This document shows, one piece after another, positions 34,813 to 45,554 of a DNA stretch of 64,000 nucleotides. Numbering within the stretch: position 1 is the stretch's first letter; each line of letters opens with the position of its first letter. The notes beneath the pieces were generated by a model. The model had not been told where the DNA came from. It did no database searches and worked only from the letters and a program-made list of their open reading frames with translations. Both the position numbers and the translations under genes were made by a program. Origin of the DNA: Veleropilina oligotropha (Eukaryota); NCBI GenBank assembly GCA_048128005.1, contig JBEUKZ010000104.1, positions 124,001 to 188,000 on the forward strand, given 5' to 3'.

Positions 34813-37800
34813 TATGCATAATTATTATTATGCTCGACTGTTTGTTTTTAAGGCTAAAGCCATAACTTAATGTCTACTCACATATAATATTTATGACAGC
34901 TCCAAACCCAGTCCACAACACGTGTGTTTTATATTTAATTTAGACTGTTGAAAAATTCAATACTTCCTACATGCGCACGCAAATATGGGTGAACATTCTT
35001 GTCCTAGTCGGTTAGTTTATTGAATGTGCCGTTGACACGTCGCTCGTGTAAACATCAGAAAAATGAGATTTGAATAATAAATAACTTAAAGATTTGGGAA
35101 GAGACAGACTAATTAACACCAAGCGTTATTGTTATTGGAAATATATGTACAAAAACATCGCTAGTTATGTGTGACAAAATTCCGTTGCTAAGGGATTCTG
35201 CCTTGGAGAATGGACACTGACTGCTCAAAATGGATGTTTATTTTAAAACAAAATTACCTCGCCAAATGTCTCTGTGGAATATCAGGAAATGACCACAAGT
35301 ACAATGGATCAATGTCGCCACCCATCTAACGCATAACATTTTAAAAAACTTTATAAAATAACGTTATCATAAAATGGTTTAAAACGTTTTAAATGTTATT
35401 TTTAAACGTAAATGAGAGGGTGTTAAATTATAACAAACAATTTATCGCCCTGATAATAATATAATATGTTGCAGGCGCTATCTGGAGGCTAGTGTTGATA
35501 TTCGCACATGTAACTGAATATTATTTTTATTAAACTAAATATATGTATATCCTGTATGTGTATATAAGGGACATTTATATCATAATTTTAAAATGTTATT
35601 TACGTTTAGCTGTCTGTAAATATTATTTCCACTTAGCTGAGAGTTTATACACAAGCTGTCTGATGTAGAATTAATTAAATTTATGATATGTTTAGAAACC
35701 GCTTTGCCGATAGCAATGCCCTCTTGTAATTAACATGCAGGCAGGTGTCGCATTGTTATACAGTAGCACTCAGCCTTAATGCGCTGTGGGCGTCCATATC
35801 ATGACAGGTCTGACGACATGTGAAATGAAGGCACTGACAATGAATGCAACATTGGAAATGTACAAAATACGTGTTTTCAGAAAGAGGTCATTTTATTTGG
35901 ATTTATATCATACTGGATTTAGTTTACAGCATGATACGACGATTCAACGGAAATTTATAACAAATGTGCGTTATCTTAATGGTTAACATGGCATTTCTTA
36001 AGCGTTCTGGATTTACTGATTCTGATTCACTGCGATCACTGCGCAATTACCAAAATACTGGAGCTTTTAAACAAAGAAAAGGCTGTTGATATTCACTGTC
36101 AAAACGCACATATATAACGAATACTGGGACGTAAGTATTATACGATAATATGTACATATTCCAACGATTGCGTATTATTGTGGCATTGGGTAAATATTAA
36201 TATAACAATACAACTCACCTTTGCAAGCTTAAACACAACCATTTTGGAGATACAAGCCTTTATTATAATTAGTAAAAGATATTTATTTATACGCTGCATA
36301 GTCTTTTTTGTACTATCAGAAGAATTGTTTGTTTATGTTGTTGTTTCGTCAATAAATATTGTTTAAACTAACTAAGTGCCTACAATAATACTGAATCTTC
36401 AGTTATTTAATTTTACAGAATATCTAAGATAATTGAATAACACATTATGGCGATATTGCATGTTAATTAATCTGTGAATAAATATGTACCATTAAAAACA
36501 ATAAATATATAGTTATATTAACATAAAAAACCCCGGTTATATATATATATATACACACCATAAAAAATGGATTACACATTAGATAAACTATCTATCACTG
36601 TATATAATTATTTTAATAATAAAAAAGGACATTTGATGAATATGGAGCGTCTTTATATCCGAATATAAGTGCATGCGTTATGCTATATATTCATTTTTTT
36701 TTCCTTTACAGTACAAACGTCTACACCAATACTTGACTGTCCGGCAGTAACTTGAAATATTCTATTTGCGTTTCAGTTTCATCGCAAAATAATCGTCAGA
36801 TATGACAAAAACACGCAAAATTTATAACAATGGTTAAGCAAACGCTATGAACATGCTTATTATAACTGTCTTTCAGGGTTATTATGTAGAGGTCGTACAT
36901 ATTAGTTATATTTTCCTTTTATCATTTTCAGATCGCTGGCTAGGAGTCGACATTACCATGGCTGTGATCAAACATACGCATACCATAAATTTAAACTGTT
37001 CACATTTTATATGTATTTAGATAGATATATATTAGTAGATTTTCTACATGCTTTATTAAATATTATATTTCTTCCATGTGTTTTTATTTCATTTAGTCAT
37101 TATCACCGGTTTATTCAATGAGTTACACTATAACTGACAATATTGTACATATCTTACCTTACATTCATACGATCCGATTGCACTCCATTGTACTTAATAT
37201 TCCAAGATATCGAGGTAATCCATGTAAAACGTTACTGCATATTGTTCGGTCCTTTGTTCATTCGTCCAGTTTCTCTATCGAGATCAATCATAATAATTCT
37301 GGCTGAAAACAATTTTTCGGCCCATTTAATGCACCATTCGGGCTATATCGAGACTATTCCGTATTACGGTGGGAGGAAAGCCCTGATTACACGGTGAAAC
37401 CCGCGCACCTCGGCCGGTTTCTGGAAAAGAAACGTTAGTTTTATATTTTTTTATACATTTAGATATATATATGGCGTCGGTGGTTTTTACCTAGGGAAAT
37501 ATATTTACTCTACAAAAATATAGTTTTCCTAGATATATTTTTACTGATACAGTCAAATACGATGATATACTACAAAACTTCAGATATTAATTATTCTGAT
37601 CATAGATAACTTACTGGTCAAAATGCAGCTGGAGCTATATCGCCTTAGGATATATATATTCCGATATGCAATCAGTCTAGGTTGCATTGCATTCAATAGT
37701 GTTGATATCGTAACTAATTCAGATTTGGGAAGTATCAGTTGGTTATCCGTCATGAATGATACCGAGTAATTTATATACATATTATGTTTGCTGTTTAACA

Positions 37801-37991
37801 AAGAAATACAGTATATTATTTAATAGCTGTTCCTTGACGTACTGACACTCTTAATCTCTTAATAACGGATGTTTTATGAGTTCCGAATACATATATATGA
37901 CTGAAATATCTTACCTTATAGATAAATCCACAGTTAATGCATATTGTCCATTGTTATCAGTGAATTAATGATGCTCCTTTCGTCCAGTTTC

Positions 37992-38660
37992 TCGTCATAA
38001 TGCTGGAAAGGAAACATTATACATTTAGATATTTACTGATGCCGGGGAATATATACAATATCTACAAGAAACGACACATATGCTTTATACATATTTCTAC
38101 TGATGAATATAAACATTATATAAAACCATAGTTTTCCTAGCAATTATATATATTTACCTCGATGCAAAATTGATGTATATACTTTATACATATTTACTTT
38201 CTACTGATGAATATAAACATTATATAAAACCATAGTTTTCCTAGCAATTATATATATTTACCTCGATGCAAAATTGTCCTTTTCGTATTTACTTCAACGA
38301 TGCAAAATTGGCCTTTTCGTATTTCCTTCAATGATGCAAAGATGGAGCAGGTGTTATGTACAACCCGAGAACAAAGGAGTTCGCTATCATTGGATAAGAG
38401 AGAAGTTCGCTATAATTCCCGACAATATCATTGGATAAGAGAGCAGGTGTTATGTGCAAACCGAGAACAAAGGAAGTTCGCTATAATTCCCGACAATATC
38501 ATTGGATAAGAGAGCAGGTGTTCTGTACAAACCGAGAACAAAGGAAGTTCGCTATATAAAACCGCCATGACAATACATTACCCACAATACACCACTGCGC
38601 ATGCGTCAACGAAAGTGCCCTAAGGCGCCGGAAGTTCCCCCAACTGGAGTACCTACTACT
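37992..38660 (-). repeat. Polinton right TIR
   Basis: Reverse complement of 17011-17655. Confidence 0.95.
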
Positions 38661-38666
38661 GCAGTG

Positions 38667-39337
38667 CAGATTCTAGCAACATTTGCGGCATATACAATTG
38701 AAAACCAATTGCCACAGGACCTTCCGTGGCGTGTATGGCATCGACCCCCCCCCCTCTCAGATCTCTGAATGGAGAAGAGATCACCTACCGCGAGAAACAG
38801 ATGGCCAGATGGGTTACTGTATTCTCGTGAGACGTTGATCTTCGACGCCGTCATTAGCATCACAAAAGAATTGCCCATCATGGAGGATCCGAATGAGTTG
38901 CCATCAATGAAAGAGTCGAGCGATGTCATCGACGCCCTCCCAATGGCAAATGCTCCAGGCAGCGACAACATCCCACCTGAGGCCACTACGCATGGAAAGG
39001 CTGTCCTGCTTCAGTCCCTTTTCTGTTTCTTCTGGGATAAAAGAGCCACCATTGTGACGAGCAAAGGCGATCGCCGCGACTTCAATTGTGACGAGCAAAG
39101 GCGATCGCCGTGATTTCAACAACTACAGAGGATTATCCATCATAAGCATCGTTGGCAAAGTGTATGCCCGCGTCCTCTTCAATATTCTGCAGCTGCTCGT
39201 GGACCTCGTCTAACCAGAGTCCCAGTGCTACTTTATGGCAGGCGTGTCGACGACTGACATCATCCCCCCCGCCCACAGCTTCAGGAGAAGATTAGAGAAC
39301 AAGGCCCGCCACTCTATATGATTCAGCCCTCGTGACC
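38667..39337 (+). pseudogene. RTE LINE fragment, left arm (part 2) of the inverted duplication
   Basis: APGSDNIPPE, NYRGLSIISIVGKVYAR. Reverse complement of ~40440-41100. Confidence 0.8.
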
Positions 39338-41310
39338 CACACCGAGGATGCCATTTGAGGCATCGCATATGGAACGAGTTGAGCCGACGTTCTTGCGTCA
39401 TGTATGTGGTCCAGGTTTCGCTTATATTCTGTAAGGTACTGAGGACGCAGGAATGATACACTCGGTCTTGGAGTGTTCTGTCAGCTCTTTGTTTTCCCGA
39501 ACCCTCTTTGTCAGCCTGGCCATGATGGTGTTAGCTTTCCCGTGCCGTTGGTTGAGTTCGACACAGAGTGAGAGGCTGTTGCTAATGGTAGACCCCAAGT
39601 AAATAAAGCTGTCTCCGTCTTCAAGGATAGCGCTGTCGATGGTGATGGGGGGGGGGGGGTAGTGACATTTTGTACTATGATGCTCGTTTTCAGGTTGATA
39701 GTGAGCTCAAACTACTTGCATGCATCAGCAAAGCGGTCGCTTGGTCTCTGGAAGGCATCCTCGGTGTGGCCCACGAGGCTGCATCATCGGCGAAAAGCAT
39801 CTCCTGATGAGTACCATCCCGACCTTGGTCTTCGAACGCAGTCGTGTCAGATTGAGTAACTTCCCATCCGACCTTGTTTGCAGATTGACACCGTCAATGG
39901 ACGATTTGAAGGCATATGTCAGGATGAGGGAAAACTATCCAGAAGAGGGTCTGCGCCAGCAGCCTTGCTTGGCTCCGTTGCTGATGGGGAAGGAAACTGA
40001 GGAGAAACCATCGGTGCTCTTTCGGTAATTCCCCACAGATCCGGCTTTTATACATATTTAAGGAGCTCCGGCTTGTATTCGTCTTAAATTCACGGCCTAT
40101 GATAAGATACACGTGATGGGTACGTAGTTGTATTGGCTTTACAAACGTATATACACCGGACCGCCCCCTGAGCCTGGACTGACCAAGGTTCACCTGTTGC
40201 TATTCCCCATGGATTTAACATTAACGACGCGTCCAAAGTCGTGCTTTTATCGGAGATGAAAAACCGGATTTCCAAAGTTGAGTAAAATCAGGAGCTGTGG
40301 GGAAGTACCGAAAAAGCGCCAAACCATCATATGGGACTGCTCTCGTCATGTCAGCGTGGAATGAGATCACCATGCAGGATGATGCTGTGCAGCTTTGTGA
40401 TCTGCCAATCTTCCTGGGGAGTTCACATAAGACCTTCCTGCTGACAAGGTCGAAACAGCATCACATAGAGCGACTGGCCTTCTTCTCTACTCTTCCCCTG
40501 GAACTGGCAGAGGTAGAAGACCATGTCGGTCATCGACCTGCCTGCCCTGGGACTCTGGGTAGATGCGGTTCACAAACATCTGCCGTATATTGAGGAGGAC
40601 GCGGCCATACACTTTGCCAACAATGCTCAGTGGGGATATTCCTCTGTAGTTGTTGACGTTGGTGCGATCACCATTATTCTTGTAGCTCCTCACGATGAGC
40701 CATAGCGTTTCGCATGTCTTGGAGGACGGCTCCTTTATCCCAGCAGACACAGAGAAGGAACAGAAGCAGGGCAGGTTTTACATTTAGTGGCTTCAAGTGG
40801 GATGTTGTCGCTGCCTGGTGCATTTACCATTGGGAAGGCGTCCATGACATCGCTCGGCTCTTCTAGTGATGGTACCTCATCCGTATCCTCCATGATGGAC
40901 AATTATTTTTGATGCTAAGGGCGGCGTCGGAGATCAACGTTTCACGTGAATACACGAGTAACCCATCTGGTCATCTGTTTCTCGCGCTTGTTGATCCCTT
41001 CTCCATTCAGAGATCTGAGAGGGGGTCGATGCCTCACACGCCACGGACGGCCTATGGCAATCGTATTGCAATTGCACATGCCGCAAATGTTGCTAGAATC
41101 TGCACTGCCCTAAATTCCTTCGAACAGTTGCTGCCGGCATTCGCTGACACACTGTCTTGTGAGGCGATGTGTGGTGCTCCGATGACTTCTGAGCGCTGTA
41201 TGTGTGCTTTAATTGACTTGGATGCCTCTTGTATGCCAGGAAGGCTTCCCATTTGACCTCAAATACTGGTTCTCTCCTTGGAAGGTACGCGTTGAACCAG
41301 ACCTGGCTGG
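39338..41310 (-). pseudogene. Degraded RTE LINE ORF; includes the right arm of the inverted duplication
   Basis: NNYRGISPLSIVGKVYGR, FPISNGAKQG, RSDGKL, VLSTL...ETWTTY..QERRLNSFHMRCL. Confidence 0.85.
40013..40320. mobile_element. 308-bp MITE with 8-bp TSD, Merlin-like
   Basis: ~28-bp imperfect TIR (GGTGCTCTTTCGGTAATTCCCCACAG / CTGTGGGGAAGTACCGAAAAAGCGCC); perfect TSD AAACCATC (40005-40012, 40321-40328). Confidence 0.8.
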
Positions 41311-42530
41311 ACGAATGCAATGTATATGGTACATTTAAGTAACTCTTCTTACTGGTATCAGTGTTCGAGGACTCCATGAATTGGCGATATCCTTGATACA
41401 TATACTGTAACAAAAGTGGATTTGGGGCTATTGTGATATCAATTGAAAGTTGGGATAATGCAGTATGATAGAAAATTATTTACTCGTGCATATAAGGTGC
41501 TATGAACTCTTATTTTATATACATAACTACAAACTGGAATATTTTAGCCATTTCCGCATTACGAAGAGAAAAAGTGGGGTAATATTGCTATTCAAACCCA
41601 GTTACGACAAGCAATAATTCATTAAATCTGTTATATGAATATTTTATGATAATTATAAGATGACAAGATTTTCTTTGATGTATGCATTTTTGCTATAATG
41701 CAATATTAACCATCACAGACACTGAAATAACAAGAGTGTTGAATATGGCGCGACATCGATGATAAAATCGATGTTTTGAGAGTACCATGAAGTATGGCTC
41801 AGGGGACCCCGTTTGTCCAGAAAAATTATGGGGTCGGACGGTTGTGTGTGTGTGGGGGGGGGGGGGGGTTGCATATACACCATACCTGGTCCTTTTTCCT
41901 TCAAATCAATAATATATTAAAATAAAATATAAATACAGTTCTAGTCTGGTTTGCAACAGAAGCGGTTAGAAAAAGAAAATTGTGGCATCTGGCGAACATT
42001 TTCGATGAACCGGGGTATCTGTGAGATACAGTATCAAATAAGATTTTGGAGCTATCGAGAATTTTCTGGTATCAAATGAAAGCTGGGATAATGTAGAATG
42101 CTAGAAACCTATTTATTCATTCATATAAGGCGTTATGTACTCTTATTTTTGTATATTATATATATAACTTGTGCAAGCTGAAATATTGTAGTCACTTCCA
42201 CATTACAATAAAAGTAGGATTCCGCTATTCAACCCCAATCCAGAAAAACATGGGATCGGGGAGGGGGTTGTATGTGGAGGGAGTGCACTTACACTATACC
42301 TGGTCCTTTCCATACAAAATCAATAATATATTTAACTTTAATAAGATTTATGTGCAGGTCTAATATAGTTTGCAACAGAAGCGATTAGAGAAATGAAAAT
42401 TTTGGCATCTGGTGTCCATTTTTGATGAACCGGCGATATCTTTGAGGTTCTGTATCAAATAGTATTTAGGAGCTATGGAGATGTTTCTGGTATCAAATGA
42501 AAGCTGGGATAATGTAGAATGCTAGAAAAC
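41310..42530 (-). repeat. Dispersed repeat family; outer right arm of the inverted duplication plus a tandem partial copy
   Basis: Reverse complement of 16120-16810; second copy at 42072-42530; related sequence at 51860-52220. Confidence 0.7.
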
Positions 42531-42562
42531 TATTCATTCGGGGATTGAGCACTCTTATTATC

Positions 42563-42593
<31 letters not shown>

Positions 42594-42956
42594 GTATGTG
42601 TATGTGTGTATGTATGTATGTATGTATGTATGTATTTATGTATTTATGTATGCATGTATGTATGGTATGTATGAATGTATGGTATGTATGGTATGTATGG
42701 TATGTATGGTATGTATGGTATGTATGGTATGTATGGTATGTATGGTATGTATGGTATGTATGTATGTATGTATGTATGTATGTATGTATGTATGTATGTA
42801 TGTATGTATGTATGTATGTATGTATGTATGTATGTATGTATGTATGTATGTATGTATGTATGTATGTAGTATGTATGTATGTATGTATGTATGTATGTAT
42901 GTATGTATGTATGTATGTATGTATGTATGTATGTATGTATGTATGTATGTATGTGT
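42563..42956. repeat. (TATG)n/(TATGGTATG)n microsatellite
   Basis: Directly visible. Confidence 0.98.
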
Positions 42957-43185
42957 TATATTGTAAAACGCACTGGCACAGAAACAGATATTGATCATCA
43001 GTTATATTTTAGCTTAATCTTATCATAGAGACTTGCCGTTTTTGTTTAAACTAAACTGGTTTGTTTATGCTGGTTGAAGTATAATTCGTTTATACTTTAG
43101 TCAAGATCTATATTGAAATAGCTTTAACAAATATTTACTTAATTAAGCAGGAGTTAGTGAGACTAACCGTTCTCACTCGTGGCCC

Positions 43186-45554
43186 TCACTGAGTCAGCTT
43201 AGAATGAACAAGCATATCACGTAAACTCTTATTTTTGCGATACGCTATGACTGTTTTGGCCTCGAAAGGCACGCTTAATTTGGTTTGCAGTTCTGCGTAT
43301 TTGCTTTTGATAATTTTAGCAACGTCAACATTTTTCCTGTTGTATTGGATTCGAATAGGTATAATGTCTCTCGGACCACGCAGTCCGGAATGCACATTCA
43401 TACCGCAAGGATGTTTTGTCATGAGCGTTCTAATCCAATAACTTTCTCTCTCTTTACGTAGTCGGTCAGTTTCATCTTGTGTTGCTAAAGTTGGTGGTTT
43501 TTCAATTGGCATGATTTGGAAATGTTGTTCTACGCAATGACCAGGTAAATGGAAATGTTCTGAAACAGGTCCTTCGTTATCTAACCTAATGTCGGAAAGA
43601 TGTCGGGTAGCCCGCACCCGTAGTGCATTTTTGGTTTCGCCTACATATTGCCTGAGACACATTTTACATGAGATCAAATATATCACATTGGGGTTGAATC
43701 GCAATTAAGATTAGATTTCATGTTGTAATTTGTTCTGGTTTGTTCACTTAGAAATGTTGGGCGATTGTTAATGAACTGGTCAATTTTACAACGAGATTTA
43801 CCACATTTGTTAATGCTTCCGTTGCCAACAATCTCTTTATCGTGTTCAATTTTAGCAGGTTGGAAGTTCAAGAGTTTTTCTTTAGCATTTGATGTGATAT
43901 ATCGCAAAGTTTTAGATTTGATTTCACGTAGTTTGCGGGCCGAATAGCCTCGCGGTTTTAGTGCATCAAATAATGTGCGACAGGCATCGTTGAAGTTACT
44001 CATGTCACTAGAGTTACGATGGAAACGAATGATTTGAGATTTAACCACACGGTCAAAAGTATGCGGCGGGTGAAACGACTTGGCATGTAACAACGCATGG
44101 GTATCTGTTGGTTTAAATAAACTTTTTAGTCAAGAGAATTGGAGTCTGCAAATCGTTTACCTTTATAAATGGTAACATCTAGAAAGTTAACTGATTCTTG
44201 ACCAATTTCTGCTTTAAGTTTAATGCTAGGGTCATGGTTGTTTAACACGTCGAAAAAAAACCAAAAGTCATCCGCTGTGTGTTCCCATATTATGAATATA
44301 TCGTCAAGATAACGTTTATAAAAGGAAGGCTGTGTCTCCGCTATGTCGAGGGCTCCATGTTCCCATTCGGCCATGTAAATTGAAGCAAAATTAGGAGAGA
44401 ATTTCTTACCCATTGCACAGCCCATGATCTGTTGATAGAATTTGCCATTAAACTCGAAATCATTGTTTTTCAAACTCAGTTCAAGCAATTTTAAGACCTC
44501 TTTGTCGGGCCTGTGTGTGTCAGGGTACCTGTCAAATGCATTTTTAACGGCCTCTAGACCAGCGTCAATGTCAATGTTGGTATACATGGCATCCACGTCC
44601 AATGTCACAAGAAACGCGTCTTTGCTAACGGTCAATTCTGATAACTCAGCAAGGAAGTCTTTTGTGTTTTTAACATAGCTGTCGTGACGATTCGCTATTG
44701 GTTTTAGGTAGTGGTCAATATATTCAGATATGTGATACGACTCGGATCCACAGTCTGATCATACAATCGGTCTGCCGGGTGGCGTACATTCGTCAGTCCA
44801 TTTGTCAACTGGTTTGTGAATTTTAGGAAGCAGGTAAACGTTCTGTTTTTAGCACTGTTAGATTTACCCTCGTCAGCTGCCTGTTGAGCATAGAGGTAGT
44901 CAAATTGTTTTTTGGTAAGTGCACCTGTTTCTTTTAAGGAATGCAAGACAGTATTGAAGTTATCACGATTGTTAGGCCAGATGGGCTCGTCAATTTGTCG
45001 GTAGTGTTTTGGATTGTTTAGCTGCCTTTCGGCTTCTTTGATGTAATTATCTCGTTTTAACAAAACTGTTGCAGAACCTTTATCAGCGGGTTTGATTACA
45101 ATATCCTCATCCTTTTTAGGTTTATTAGAGATTTACGCTCTTGAAAAGTTAGATTTTGTTTATCATTGACTTTGTTCATATTGCGTACGTCAACTCAAGT
45201 TTCTTTGACAATTTGGTTAATTATGGGATCCACTTTATCACTAGAAACTGAAAATTCGCTTGGAGCAGTGAATGGAAGTTTATCTCTGTTTATTGGACAT
45301 TTACGAAAGTGATCTGTTACCGTTAATTGGTGATCAAATTCAGAGACCTCTAAAAATCCATTATCTAAAGCATAATCTAAACCTGTTTTTTGTTTTGGGG
45401 TTGGTACATAAGTTAGGCCACGAGCGAGCAGAGAGGTCTCAGAAGAACTGAGCTCCCTCCCCGTTAGGTTAATAATGTTGTTAGTTCCTAACTCTGACTT
45501 GGGCTGGTTAGTTCCCTTAACCGTATCTAGTTTAAATCTAAGTGGTTCAGCCAA
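43186..45554 (-). pseudogene. Penelope-like RT + GIY-YIG endonuclease (several frameshifts)
   Basis: RGLTYVPTP, KPADKG, LDVDAMYTNI, GCAMGKKFSP, RYLDD, NFLDV, KPTD, SFHP, CGKSRC, NVIYLISC..C..QYVGET, R..RESYWI, GMN. Confidence 0.93.

Larger units (their letters stand above)
17011..38660. mobile_element. Polinton/Maverick (adintovirus-like endogenous dsDNA virus), full length but inactivated
   Basis: AGTAGTAG...CTACTACT termini, long TIRs, 6-bp TSD GCAGTG (17005-17010, 38661-38666). Integrase, penton, MCP, protease, ATPase and pPolB genes are all present. Confidence 0.97.

Noticed and set aside
42545..42998. MYVC/HTYI-repeat ORFs (also 48932-49207 and 51425-51937)
   Set aside because: Translations of microsatellites.
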